Origin: Heterodontus francisci
Taxonomy: Eukaryota
Direction: 5' to 3'
Length of the DNA: 64,000 nt
NCBI RefSeq assembly: GCF_036365525.1
Contig: NC_090376.1
Span: forward strand, 68,884,088 to 68,948,087
Shown: piece after piece, positions 1 through 14,180 of the stretch
Numbering within the stretch: the stretch's first letter is position 1
Layout: each line of letters opens with the position of its first letter
Notes under the pieces: generated by a model
What the model was told of the DNA's origin: nothing
The model's input: the letters and a program-made list of their open reading frames with translations, nothing else
The model's database searches: none
Program-made: the position numbers and the translations under genes

Positions 1-774
1 GAACCAAATTGAGCCCATGTACCCACATCAGCATCGCTCTGCAGAACAGAGGCTCAGAGAAAAAAAGGAGTATCTCATGGAGACACTAATTTCATTTCCC
101 TAAGGATGGAGCCATAAGGGCCTTTAATCTTGATTCAGCATCTTCAGCCAGGAAATATTACTTACCCTACAGGAAATCACAAATGCAACCCATCAGTATT
201 TATTATGACTCTTGTTAAAGTGGACTCTTTCCCCTAAAGTGAATGTTTTAATCAGCATTTCTAAAAGCGTCATCAAATCTGAAGTTCCTGAAGGTCATAA
301 TTCTAAATGGTTTACAGTTACTAAAATTAACTATATTCAAATAAAGTGACAAAGATCTGAGGAATTGTAATTGCTGTGTAAACAGGATGGGTTGATTACT
401 TATACCCTGGCATCCTACCTGACCCCAAGCTGAGCTTCTGACACCATATTTGCTCCATTGCTAAACATCACCCACTGCCACAGCAGAGGAACTAAGTGAG
501 CCATTGGATGAAAAACAATTTCATATGGCAGGGAATTTGGTGGACTCAGGAGGACAGAGGGTTGGAGACTCAAAGATCACAACGGAGACCCTCTTGCAAT
601 TCAGCCTATTCAAGTACCAGTTTATTAAACACTCTCGGGGCAGAGTCGGGGGAAACCTCCTAGCTGATCAGGGAAGAGAGGAAGAGCCAAAATTATTCCA
701 GAATGGAGTACAGGGATTTTGAAGACCAACAAATTCTCTCTGCCAGCTTCCAAAAGCAGCAGAGCTTGTCAGAG

Positions 775-2222
775 AGTTATACACACAGAAACAGGTCCTT
801 CGGCCCATCGTGTCCATGCCGGCCATCAAGCACCTATCTATTCTAATCCCATTTTCCAGCACTTGGCCCATAGCCTTGTATGCTATGGCATTTTAAGTGC
901 TCATCTAAATACTTCTTAAATGTTGTGAGGGTTCCTGCCTCTACCATCTCTTCAGGCAGTGTGTTCCAGATTCCAACCACCCTTTGGGTGAAAACATTTT
1001 CCTCAAATAACCTCTAAACCTCCCGCACCTTAAATCTATGCCCCTGGTTAGTGACACCTTCGCTAAGGGAAAAAGTTTCTTCCTATCTATGCCCCTCATA
1101 ATTTTGTTTCCCTCAATCAGGTCCCTCCTCAGCCTTCTCTGCTCTAAGGAAAACAACCCCAGCCTATCCAGTTTCCCTTCATAGCTGAAATGCTCCAGCC
1201 CAGGCAACATCCTGGTGAATCTCCTCTGTACACTCTCCAGTGCAATCACATCCTTCCTACAGTGCGATGACCAGAACTGTACACAGTACTCCAGCTGTGG
1301 CACAAGTAGCATTTAATACAGCTTCATCATAACTTCCCTACTCTTATATTCTATGCCTCAGCTAATAAAGGCAAGTATCCCATTATGCCTTCCTAACCAC
1401 CTTATCTACCTGTGATGCTGCCTTCAGTGATCTATGGACAAGTATACCAAGGTCCCTCTGACCCCCTGTACTTCCTATGGTCTGACCGTCCATTGTATAT
1501 TCCTTTGCTTTGTTAGTCCTTCCAAAATGCATCACCTCACATTCTCAGGATCCATTTGCCATTGCTCTGCCCATCTTACCAGCCCATCTATATCGTCCTG
1601 TAATAGAAGGCTTCTCTCCTCACCATTTACAACACCAATATTCGTGTCATCTGCGAACTTACTGATTATACCTCCTATATTCACGTCTAAATCATTAACG
1701 TACACTACAAACAGCAAGGGTTCCAGCACCAATCCCTGCGGTACACCACTGGTCACAGGCTTCCAATCACAGACCATCACCCTCTGCCCCCTGCCACTAA
1801 GCCAATTTTGGATCCAATTTGCCAAATTGCCCTGAATCCCATGGGTTCTTACCTTCTTGACCAATCTCCCATGTGGGACCTTATCTAAAGCCTTACTGAA
1901 GTCCACGTAGACTAGATCAACTGCTTTACCCTCATCTACAAACCTAGTCACCTCCTCAAAAAATTCAATCAAATTTGTTAGACATGATCTCCCCACCCCA
2001 CCACCCCCCAAACCCCCGAAGAAGCCATGCCAACTATCCCTGATTAATCCCTGCCTCTCCAAGTGGAGATTAATCCTGTCCCTCAGAATTTTTTCCAATG
2101 GTTTCCTACCACTGATGTTAGACTCACTGGCCTGTAATTACCTGATTTATCCCTACTATCCTTCTCGAATAATGGTACGACATTCGCTGTCCTCCAATCC
2201 TCTGGCACCTCGCCTGTGGTCA
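775..2222 (-). mobile_element. CR1 LINE, 5'-truncated and degenerate
   Basis: RT motifs NYRPVSLTSVVG, DFSKALDKVPH, GVPQGLVL, KFADDT, LEYCVQFWS, VQRRFTRMLPG spread over three frames, plus a CR1-type 3' UTR. Confidence 0.92.
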
Positions 2223-5200
2223 GATCGGTGACTACGTGCTGACTCCCATCACATCTATACAGATCGAAACTATCACAGAGCACTCTAACTAGCATTGCAG
2301 ACATACCTTGGGTACTTAAAATGGATTTTATAAATAGCATTTGAGATAGGAATTATCAATTCTAATCCATCATGAATTTCAATATGAACTTATAAATTGT
2401 TAGGAGCAATTTTCCTGTTATGAATTCAAGTTTGCTGTGGATACATTTTAGGTCCAGTAGAATCAATCACTCCAAAGCATCTTTCTTACTTTTATTTGAT
2501 TTGACTCACAATGCCTTATATCTATTTGTCTGCAACCCAGGGATTAAACTGTAACATCTTGCAATCTAAACCATATATGTGTATCTTTCACAAGTGTATT
2601 TCTTCAATCACTGAAAACAGACAAACACTAAATGCGATGAAGTTTGATACAAATCATCACATTAGATGAACATATAGAGCAACAATTATAATCTGTTTCA
2701 CTTATTTCAAATCAATGCAACCTGTTCATTATTTTATATAGTTTAAAGGCATGCTACACTTCCCGCAGGACTTCGATGACTTCCATACCTTATCCAGTAC
2801 TGAAATGCAGGTCAGAAGATATTGACTGACTGTGGACAAGACATGGGAACGCACCACACCTGAACCCAATCCCATCACCTCCAGAATTCCACACTGCATG
2901 CTTTTATCGTGATTCACAGGATAGTGATCAGGAGCATCAATGGTGCCCAAATTTCCCTTCCCAATCCCAAGGGCACAGAGTACAAGTGTACAGCCCCCAT
3001 CACTGACACAAGCTTAAATCAGCTAACTCAGCACCAACGGACTGAACCTGGGATCTTTTTCATCTCAACGGCCCATGGCCTTAACCCAGTTGGTAAATGA
3101 ACAATACTGATTTTTACTATTTAAAAGTGATTTTTTTTTAATTCAAAGTCACAGATCAAGTTCCACAGAAGGACACAATAATCATCTCTAGACAGATTCC
3201 ATTGAATTGCATGAAAGTACAACAAAACAACATATAAATTTTCCTACCGTTATTATGTGGGATCCTCATATTTCAGGTGGGATGTAAATGGTTGCTGGCT
3301 AAAGGTCATTCAGCTCATGTAGCAACCAAAATAAGTATTTTTGAAACTGCAACACATTCAAAATATGGAATGAAGGAAACCTTTATGAAGTCCCAATTTC
3401 TTCCTGAAATGTATAGCCTATTTCATGTACTAATCAACAACATCTGGAAAAAAAGACCACTTCTGCCTTCCACAAGAACTGCCCCTGCCTTTAACTCTTG
3501 AATTTGAAAATCTATTAAAGCTCTCAAACTGCACAGCTGGGAGGTCTGAATTTCAAACTTCTGAACAGATTTACTATAGCCTCTGCTACTCAAATCACAA
3601 CCCTCCCCCCTTTATAGTATTGCTGCCACCTTAAGAGATGTTCAGCTGCTCCTCTTGCGGTCATCTTTCTGTTTGATTTGTCATTGTTGACCTCAAGGGA
3701 CCTTCCTTAACCAATGCAAACAGTCAGATTCCACATCCTCATTAACCCTGCTGCAATACAGAATTGCTTCCACTTGAAATGTTTTAACCATCAGATTCAG
3801 ACAGGAATAAAAATGTTTTTTCAAGTTAGATTGCAGGGCCACTGCATTTTCATACTCTGTTTTGCTTCATATGCAACAGGTCAGCAATTGAAAATTTTAA
3901 GAAATCAGGAACTCCAATAGAACAAATAAAATATTTTACTCCCATTGTACAGAATGGTATTTAGTTTAAAATGTTCCTTTTCTTTTGTCAAGTCATTACC
4001 ACAACCCACCGTTACACTAAAGTCATATCAGGATAGTTGATTAAGCTGTTGATCATATTAAAGAAATAACTTTAAATGATGCAACTTCCCTGTGAGTAAC
4101 TGTCAATGAATACTAAGTGGAAACTGCAATCTGTACCAACATCTTTGTGTGCAGACTACTCTCATGCACTCCTGCCAATGCATAATAAACCTACTTACAC
4201 TGACATATTCACCAACATGTAAATCAAATAAATAACTAAATTAAAAGCATTCTGTCAGAGATAGATCAACACTCAGAATTCAACCCAGGTCATCCCTTTT
4301 GTAGACTAATGCCAAAACAAAACGTTTTCTAACAGGAATAAAGGTTGCTTCACAAGATTCATTAACCAAGATCTAAAGGCAGGAGCTGGGAACAAGGGTA
4401 CTGCTAGTAATTTCCTTAGGGAGTGAATATGTAACTATTTTCAAGGCCAAAAAGTATGTGAACTAAATTTAGACCTGCAAAAAGGGGTCACAAGAACATT
4501 AGCTTCTAAACTGAATGTAATTTCTTTTAAGACTATTAACTGTGTTCTACAAATAATAAACATGCTACATGATTAGAAGATTCGCAGAACATTTAGTGAT
4601 CGACATACTTCATAAATTTAAAATCAATTTAAATAGACTTCTGAACTTTCAAAAGATAATTTACGGAGTCAACAGCCAAAGACTATGACGTACAGCATAC
4701 GCTACCAGCATTCGCAAGACTTCATTCTGTTGGACATCTTCAATGCAAAATAGCTTCAACACACATGCTCCAACAACTGAATTTTTCACAAATTAGAAAT
4801 TGCTATGTACAACCTGAAGAGAATTTACTGCCCTACAATAATTCTGTATTGCAATGTCAAATGCAGGAAACACTGGAGTTTTCACAGTGACACGGTCACA
4901 AATGCCTTGCCATGCTCAACAAATTATAGTCATCTGAGAGATGCTACTGCACAAAAACAGCCAATTCTGTTTCAGAAAGGACCGGGAAAGTAAACATATA
5001 ATATATAAACACATCATACAAAATCCTTTGACTATTTGCTTTCACAACCATCAAAATAGTTGCTACATTTAATAGCATGCAGCAAGCGAACCCCTTCTCG
5101 CGTTTGCAATAAAGCCAAAGATCAGAATTTAAAATGTGATACTTAACAATTACGCACATTTTAAATTAATCAATATTTTTAGTGATCAAATCACTTAACC

Positions 5201-6189
5201 CCTATTGCTTTACACTGTAGGTGTCAAAAGTTGAACTTTATTTACAATCAATTTTCAACAGCTGCAAAAGAACACCCGGTCAAGGTAATGAGTTATTTGT
5301 TTAAGTGTCTAGACTTGCTGGACATGCACTTCAGGAGGCTGGATATGTAGAGAGGGGGTTTAGATCTAGTCATGTAATGTGCAAAATTTTAAAATGTCCA
5401 GTGTTTGTGAAACTTGTCATTCATTCAGGATTCCTAACAGCTCAACCAGTTTCTCCAGCGCATAGCTGAATCACATGGTAAGAGTGCCACAATTGTCCTT
5501 AGATTCCTGAACTAGGGTGAGGAAAATTAGTAACAGATCCAGCTCCTAATTGCTATCCAGTGACTCCTGGAAGTGCACCTATTATCAAGTAGATTAGACT
5601 TGGCAGTGATGCATCACACCCAGCAACCCCACCCCCCCCCCCACCTACAACCCCCACTATATAATAGCTGTTAAAGTTCATTCATGAATAATGATCACTT
5701 GGGTGAAGTACCAAAAAGCACCAATGGAACTCCAGGAAGTTCATGTCTTCAACAGAGGAGATAGCTTCTAAAGAAAAAGTAGTACTTTTCTATTTTAAGA
5801 GCTGCTGCTACTCCCATCTTAATTATACTCAAACCTAACACTTTTGTTTCTCCAGACAAAAACTGGTGACTTCCCTCACATTCTCAGAAAGTTGATTTCA
5901 CAACTTACAGCACACCAACTGAAAACACACAAACTGCTGCACAAAGCAGATATTTGGGAAACAACTAAAAATGTTGGTATTACAGATTTTAGGGCTTTGC
6001 GAATAAAGTAACTTTGCTGAATAGCAGGGAAGGCCTGGGAGGCTGTATAATGTATTAACAGTGGTTAAGTGAAGAAAAACACACTGCACTCCGGAGAAAT
6101 GTTAACTCCTGACAAGCTGATTACTATGGATCAAACTTTACTTGCAAAGGCACTTTAATATAAATTTATTAATGCATTTTTGCCAAGTA

Positions 6190-6590
6190 TAAAAAAGAAA
6201 AATACACTTGCATTTATATAGCGCCTTGCATGACCTCAGGACATCGCAAAACACGTTACAGCCAAAGTACTTTTGAAGTGTAGTCACCCGTGGTCATGTA
6301 GGAAACAGCAGCTAATTTGCACACAGCAAGGGCCTACAGAAAACAATGTTAAAATGATCAGATAATCTGTTTCAGCAATGTTAATTAAGGAATAGATATT
6401 GACCAGGTCTCCAGGGATAACTCCCCTGCTCTTCTGCAAAATAGAGCCATAAAATCTTTTACATTCACCTGAGAAAGCAGATGAAGCCTCAGTTTAATGT
6501 TTCATCCAAAAGACAGCATCTCCAGCAGTGCAGCACTCCCTCAGCACTGCACTGGAGCGTCAGCCTAAATTTTGTGCTCAGGTCTCTGCA
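6190..6590 (-). mobile_element. Deu-domain SINE (SacSINE1/AmnSINE1-like), 5'-truncated
   Basis: Minus strand reads GAGTGCTGCACTGCTGGAGATGCTGTCTTTTGGATGAAAC... and ends GGCGCTATATAAATGCAAG, the L2-like tail of DeuSINEs. Homologous to 44225-44670. Confidence 0.75.
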
Positions 6591-7213
6591 ATAGAATAGC
6601 AAATCTGCAAAGTAATTTTACATCTCCATCTTCCTCTCCACTCTGCCCCCCTTCACCACTCACCAGCCCCCTACCCCCCGCGCCCCTCCCCCCACCACCA
6701 CCCAACCACCAGCTTGGTTTAGAAAAGTGTAAACATTAGGCATGAAATCTTTCAATTATTGTTACAAAATACATCAGTAGTGTCATGCTCCTGTATTTGA
6801 ATTACTGCCTCATTACCATCCTTACAGCAGCATCTCCAATATGAAATCATATGTAGTACTTAAATTCTTCACTGACAAACCACCAGTCTCTGCCATCCCT
6901 TCATTAAACTCAATTCAATCTTGATTTTGCATGATTTTTGTAACTAACAGCAGCTGTTACACCACTACTGCCAGTACTAACAGCGCCCACACTGTCATCA
7001 TACAGTGGCACCTTTAAAGGTACTCAATACACAAAAAGATATTTTGCAGCTCTTTACCAACAACAATGAATCATTTGTGAAACTCAGTCATACTAAGTTC
7101 AGTAACTTCATCTAGCAGAAGTGATTAAAAACATGCAAGTTTAAATTATAAAATAATACCAATGTTTGGTAAAATACCTGTAGTTTGTTTTGGCTCAAAG
7201 TAACACACTTAAC

Positions 7214-7687
7214 AGGCCAAATTTTGTTCCCAGCCAGATGTCTGGTTCCATTGCAGGCAGGGGGCCGGAAAATTGGAGCGGCAGCGGCCGCCACAGTACC
7301 AGACACCGGGAATGCCAGGCCCGATCTTCCCAGCAGTGGCGAAGCTCCGCAGCGGCCCCTCTGCTGCTCTACGACGGGACCAGAGTTAGCATATATAAAT
7401 TACATCTTTGCGCTAATTAAAATATAAACCGCAGTGATCTTACCTTCAGTTCCTGATCTTCAGCGCGACTTGCAGGACCCGTGTGCCTTCACTTTCCCGT
7501 CCAGGGAAAGCTGGCACCAAGGTGGTGAAAGGGTGAACTCTGCACTCAGCTGGGTATGGGGGTGGGGAGATTGAAAGGGGTGAATTCTGCATTATGGTGT
7601 GCTGTTTGCAGGGCATGGGTCCTGTGGGGGACAGCCATGTTCCACACCCATCGCCGCTCCTAGCGGTGGGACTACAAAATCCAGCCC
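7214..7687. mobile_element. PIF/Harbinger-type MITE
   Basis: Imperfect TIRs AGGCCAAATTTTGT and ACAAAATCCAGCCC, 3-bp flanks AAC/AAC, GC-rich interior. The TIR resembles that of the element at 38272-41172. Confidence 0.7.
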
Positions 7688-8554
7688 AACATATGTAAGC
7701 ATTTATTAATTTGGGAAACAGATTAAACTTAGTGTCCTTTGATTCTATCTGTTTACTGACATTAAGAACATTAAGAGAACCATTCCGTTAATGGGTTGCA
7801 ACATTAAAATTACCATTGAACGAGGTGGAAGAAAATTTCAGCAGTATCACATTACTGTGGCAAATGCTGCCTTTATATTATGGATACAACAAAGCTTTTC
7901 ACATTACAACACAATGTTTGACATTTTCAGTAAATTGGTTCAATAGTGCCAATATGGATCATATCAAACACCCACCATGCTATCACCACCATTTGCTGAG
8001 GATTACAATAGTATAATCCAACAACAAATTCACTTATTTCCAGTTTGCCATTTTAGGGAGGGAGGGGCAGGCAGACAGACAGACAGTCATAAAACCTCAG
8101 TAAAACATTGCCACTTCAGCAGGTCGGAAGCCTAGTTGAAGGAATGACTTCTACATTAGACTTTAGAATTCTTAAAACACCATTTCGAAAAAAATCTTGG
8201 ACAAATTTACATATTCCAACACCTAAATATCCCTATGGATTAGTGAGGATAGACAAGATCAAGTGAGAAATTTGTTGATTGGATGGCCTTTTGGTGAAGC
8301 ATGCTAATTCTGTGTGACTACATGTTATGTCACTATTTCTTTACTCACAATTACCCTGCTGGCAATCATGGAGCGGTGAAAAGTAGAATCTAGATGTTGT
8401 TCCAGGAGGGGAGAAATCCAGTGCACAAAAGGAGAAATGTGTTCTTCCTTTGCTCTCCTGGAAAGAGTTCTTGGCTTGTCCTGTCAACTGAAGAACTGTG
8501 TATACTACAGAATGCGTTTGAAGAGAAAAGTTATACTGATAAAAATCAAGCTGT

Positions 8555-8724
8555 TTATTTTTTTATTTAGAGACACAGCACGGAAACAGGCCCTTCGGCC
8601 CACCGAGTCTGTGCTGACCAAGAACCACCCATTTATACTAACCCTACAGTAATCCCATATTCCCCATCACCTATCTACACTAGGGGCAATTTACAATGGC
8701 CAATTTACCTATCACCTGCAAGTC
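8555..8724 (-). mobile_element. HE1/V-SINE-like SINE 3' fragment with CR1-type tail
   Basis: GAAACAGGCCCTTCGGCCCA tail shared with the CR1 3' ends in this window, followed by CACACTAGGGGCAATTTAC-like SINE body sequence. Confidence 0.65.
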
Positions 8725-9261
8725 TGGTGTGAGTGGGTGGCCAATAGGGAACCTGCTCGCCTCCAATTAACAGCCCATTAAGCTCCTTAAGGAGCTTGTT
8801 AACGGGCTGGGGAGGGCAGAAGGCAACTTTCAAAGGAGAGATCACCAAACCCAAACCAACAGTCTTGTGCACATTAGTGCAAGCTGTCAGGTTCAAAGCG
8901 GGCAGAGGTTAAAGTTTTTTTTTAAACTGGTAATGAAAAGTTTCAGGAGATGAAGAATCTAGCTTCCATTTGGCCACTTTTGTGCTTCTTGAGGCTGCTG
9001 GCCCTCCAAGTTGCTGCCTGCTCTTGCCAGGCCAGGGCAGGCCCAATCATGACTGCTGCCTGCCTTTGCCGCTCACGCTCTGCAGGCAGCTCCCACGTCC
9101 TGGTGATGCTCAGCGCCACTAATTGGGCATCGGGCTCTCTCCAGCCCAATTAGGGCATTTGCATTTCAAGATAACTGTACAGCGAGACAGTGGCAGTGTG
9201 GGGTCAGGACCTGGAAATTATCTGGGCATAAGGTTCTCGACCCCAATTTGAAAATTCAGTC
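8725..9261. mobile_element. Harbinger-type non-autonomous fragment (one TIR)
   Basis: GC-rich stretch ending in AAAATTCAGTC, which resembles the AAAATTCAGCCC TIR. The left end is lost. Confidence 0.4.
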
Positions 9262-11894
9262 ACTGGTGTGCACTGCAAACACATACATGAAAAAATTGCA
9301 CACTCCTAGCCTCTGCTTTGCCATCCACTATGATTAAAGAACAGAGGATCACCAGGAGCATCATCAGAACTTTTACCCCAGTGTTGTGGACACCTGAAAA
9401 CTGAAACCTAGCCCAATCATTAAAGATATGCAAAAAGTAATACAATGCAGACCTTGTGTCACAGGCAAGGATTAAACACTTTGACTATCCACCACCAGTC
9501 TGGTTGGTTTTAAAGAAAAGCTAGGTTTCTGCATTCATTATCTTTCCTTCCTCTAGTTTCTCTTTATTCCTCTCTTCCCCTTTGCCCCCCACCACCCCCA
9601 CCACCCCCCCCCACAACACCCTTCTCTAAATTAGTCATAGGAGTCAGCCAACTCTAGTTTGAACACCTTTTATTCCTCACTAGAATTTCATTGAGTCCAC
9701 CAAACTCCAATCAAATAAACAGTTAGAAAATAGGCATTTTATTAGCAAACCAAAAGTTGCTAATATGAAATATTGTTCTTTACAGGTTTCTAAAGTACAA
9801 AATACATTGCTCTGAATAAATTAATATAAATATCTTTCCCAAAGAGAAACAATCCAATAGATCTTACCTATAACATTGTTATAATCTAGCTAGAGGGTAG
9901 GTTTTATAACAAAACCAAAACCCAAACACAATTAATATTAAACTAGCTTCTTTCCTTTTTTAAAAAAAAACTTCTCTGGAACAAGACTTATCAGTAAGGA
10001 GTTCCAGTTTATTTACAATATATAAATTCAGGACTTTCATATAATTCTGTATATGTTCAAATTATAGTACAGCTCTTTTCTCTACTGTTTACATCTTGTG
10101 ATCTCAACTGACTGGCTAGAATTGGAGAAGGAGGAGACATCCCTTAAGCTTTCTGTCTAACCCTCTAAAATAGATTTGATGTCTCAAAATGCAATAAGCT
10201 CCACTGCAAGTACCTATCTTCATATAAAACACTGGTATAAGACTGATTTCTCACACCCTATACCAACCCCTTGACAGGGGAGTCTCTAATTCAATTATGG
10301 AACATAGGCCAATAATTAATATTTCAAGATTGGACAAGACTGAAAGTCATGGGAATGTATATGCAGGAAGGTTTCTCAAATGATTCCAACAAATAAAAGC
10401 AGCTAGCCTTTAAGCAAGCTATAGCCTCTCACAGCTCAGAAGTGAAATAAAAAGACCTCTTCCAAAATAGCGGCCAGCATTTTGATCGCTCAGACCGCAA
10501 GTAAAATATCTGGCCAAAAAAAAACTTCCCTACATAAACCAAAGCTTGCAAAATATCTAGGGGTCTTGAAAGTCAGATTTTAATCAAATTTCATGAATAA
10601 AATCCTTGACTTTGAGGTGGTAAATTGATAAAATCAAATTTCACCCATATTTCAGAAACATGTTCAAAATTCCCATTATTCTCTTGCTGAAAAACACATT
10701 TGAGCAAAGCACATGCCAATTACATCCATGACACTAGCTCACACATTGCATGCTACATGTGCTGTGCTGAATTCAGATATGTGCATTTCAGCACCCGATT
10801 TTCAGCAGGAAAAGAAACTAAGGCTTTGCAATTTGAATTATTTTTTTTAAAGGAGGGGTGCCAACCATCATTTAGTACTACAGTGAGCAGTATAATCTTA
10901 ATATTGTGTATAATCTCCTCATTCCTAATTAGATATGATGCAAGGACAGCAAAGCAACAGTTACCACACCGACAGTCCCCTGAAGACAGAGATCATTAGT
11001 CAAACATGATTCAGGTCCCATACCATTACATTGTTTACTGATCACAAGATTACAGCAGTTCCCCTGTGCATAATCTCCAATGATTTTTAATATCACACCA
11101 TAATTGTGACAAGTGGACACAGCCACAATAATCACAGGTTTTTCAATATAATTTTTAATTTTTAAAAAAGCTATCTTGGGATTGATAGTCAGATGGCAAG
11201 CACCAAAGTATGTCTATGATTTGTATAAATAACTGTGGTTGTCATGTAACATCCCTGCACAGTTCTTAAATCCCTTATTTGTTTTGAGCTCTTGTGAAAT
11301 TACCCAGGTTTTTTCGGGTGCAATTTTTCCTTAACGATCTTCACCTTAAGACAACTTTTACAGTTTACACCATGTGAATTTGCTCAGAAAAGAGCAGCTG
11401 TTACCTTAAAAGAGAGGAGCTCTTAGAAGGCCTGGTAGATCTTGATATATTGATTTATTCGAGATTTTCACTTTTTTAAAAAAGCTAAAAATATATACTT
11501 AAAAACCCGCATCTGGGAATTGGCAATAAAAACTGACATTAAAGAAGGTTCTCGAAGATAATGAACAAGGTTGGGGATGATTCTAACAAAACATAAAACT
11601 CAAAGAAAAAGGATCAAAGTTGACCTCACAAATTTACTTCAATTGGTCTACAATTTAGGCAAATACACAAGTCATATCTACTAGTGTATACATAATTCAA
11701 TTCATGATCAAAGATTCTATTACACATTAAACAGCACAACTAAATTGGGCTATTTACTCAAGGGTGGGTGTTAATGCTCGGATTCTCTTCATAAATTGTT
11801 CTAAAAGCTACCTCTTTTGGGAAGCTAATGATAACTAAGATACACTTGCTAGAAATACTGTTGGGAAATTAATACCTACATAGTTCACACATGA

Positions 11895-12060
11895 AATAAA
11901 AACAAAGTGCTGGAAATTCATCAGAACTCTCCAGCAGCGCAAGGACACAGACCTGAAACGATAACTGCTTCTCTCTCCACAGATGCTGCCTGACCTGCTG
12001 AGTATTTCCAGCACTATTTTTATTTCAGATTTCCAGTATCTGCACTATTTTGCTTTCATT
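11895..12060. repeat. Penelope-type terminal repeat remnant, partly palindromic
   Basis: Contains CTCTCCACAGATGCTGCCTGACCTGCTGAGTATTTCCAGCA, homologous to 38615-38675 and, as reverse complement, to 51890-51960. Flanked by inverted arms AGTGCTGGAAAT and ATTTCCAGCACT. Confidence 0.55.
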
Positions 12061-12139
12061 TTACTTGACACATGATTCTGTTAGCACCAATGGTGAAGGA
12101 GAAGCTTATAATCTAGGCATAGTGAATATATGCAATACT

Positions 12140-12655
12140 CAAAAACATAAAAACATAAGATCAGAAATAGGAGCAGGAGGCGGCCATTCGGCCCCTCAAG
12201 CCTGCCCCGCCATTCAATATCATGGCTGATCTGTCCCAGACCTCAACTTCTCTTGCGTGCCAGCTCCTCATAGCCCTCAACTCCACAATATTTCAAAAAT
12301 CTATCTACTTTCTCTTTAAATACTTTCAGTGATCTAACCTCCACGACTCTCTGAGGTAGAGAATGCCAGACATTCACTACCCTCTGAGAAGAAATTCCTT
12401 CGCAGCTCAGTTTTAAATGAGTGTCCCCTTATTCTGTAACTATGTTCCCCGGTTAGAGATTCCCCCACTAGTGGAAACACCTTCTCAACATCTACCCTGT
12501 CAAGCCCCCTCAGAATCTTGTACGTTTCAATAAGATCACCCCTCATTCTTCTAAACTCTGATGAATAAAGGCCTAACCTGTTTAGCCGTTCTTGATAAGT
12601 CAACCCCTTCATCCCAGGAATCAGCCTAGTGAATCTCTTTTGAACTGCCTCAACT
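12140..12655 (-). mobile_element. CR1 LINE 3' fragment
   Basis: EAVQKRFTRLIPGMKGLTYQERLNRLGLYS...RMRGDLIETYKIL, plus a 3' UTR with AAACATA repeats. Confidence 0.9.
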
Positions 12656-13539
12656 GAAAAAAAACTAGTATTCCATGATGCAAGGAACGGTACCATCTTT
12701 CCATCTAATATAGGTAGTGATAAAGACAACTTGTAAAGTACAGCCCTCAGATGTTGCAGAAGTTCAGAATTTAGCCTTCTGGGGACAGGGTAGATTGGGT
12801 AGTCACGTTCAGTGGGTACTGGATCCATTCAAGGAACAGTAAAGCCTGATCTTCCCTTTTTCAACCTCTTCCAGACAGCCTGCCGCATTTACTGAGTTTG
12901 AGAGAAGGGAGAATGCAGGGAAAAGTTGGGATTTTTAGACTAAGATCCGTACCACATTTGGTTGCAATGACGTGGAATATCAATGTTTCTATTGCTCTCT
13001 GAACTGAACTATAAAAGGCAACAACTGTAGAATAGCATCATTTGCCAGAGGCTAGGTCCTATTTCTGCCCAACTGACACAGTGAGATAGTGTCATGAACT
13101 ATGAAGCCCATCTTAACACACAGTATTTCACTACTTCCCAATTTGCCCTTTCGCTGCTGTGGCACCCAGCCTAGTATGTTTAAACTAAAAATAGTTATGG
13201 ATTGAGCATATGTACATGGCTAGATTTTCTATCTCCTTCCCCCAAAACTTCAAATTTTCCAAGCAGAAATTAGTAGTGCAGGTAATTTATTTATAAAAAG
13301 CAATTTTGTCAATGAAACAGAAATTCTCAACATTGTACAATGAGGAAGAATTGTAATCTCTATAGCAAAGCTAAGAAAAATTAGGCAATTATTTGAAAAA
13401 CAGATCACCTTCCTGGTCTTGCTTCAGCATCGATCGGGAGAAAAAGAGATAGCCTTCTTCTTTAAGAGCAGGAGCAGATACACAAGGCATGAATATAAAG
13501 AGCGGCAGAAAGAGAACAAAACAAAACCAAAGAATGACA

Positions 13540-14180
13540 TCACAGGAGAGCAGCCCACATAAGGAAGGGACTGAAGGAGTTCAGGGGCAGAGCAGCACAG
13601 CTGTCGGAGCAAGAGCAAGTATCAGGGAAGCAAGGTTGAAAAAAAACTTAAGTGACATCAGAACAGAAGGTGCTGATTGTTGACTAGCTGTTAAGATTTT
13701 TTTTTAAATATACAAGTCTCCAATAAGAATTTAGATTATTTGTTTATTTATTAGTCTCACTAAACTTGAGACATAAGGTACTTAGTTCGATGGAATACAC
13801 ATCCTGTGCCTTTCGGGAACTCCTGGACATTTCTCAAGTCTTGAATAACCATACGTGCAGAAGTGTCGTCCACAGGAGGAACTCAAGCTCCGGGATTCAA
13901 AGTTTGAGCAGCAGCTGGCATTACTACATTGCATCTGAGACTGAGGCTATGTGGAAAACACATTTCTGGATGTGGTCGTGCTGTAGCATAAGCGTTTGCA
14001 GGCAGAGGAGGACTAGGTAACTACCAGACAGTCAAACAGGAAGCGCAGGGGTCCCGAAGTGCATTTTGCTCTGTAACTGGTATTCAGTTCTGAATATGGG
14101 TGAGGGTGATGGTTCCTTGGGGGAATACAGCCAGAGTCAAGTCCATGGTACCATGGGTGGCTTAGCTGTGCCAGAGGGGC
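13540..14180 (+). mobile_element. Decayed CR1 5' region (5' UTR and ORF1 N-terminus)
   Basis: Cys-motif and coiled-coil-like translation resembling the start of the CR1 ORF1 at about 52290-52680. Boundaries are approximate. Confidence 0.5.

Noticed and set aside
5450-5770. Possible ancient SINE (similar traces at about 36830-37050)
   Set aside because: Too degenerate to delimit or name without an alignment.
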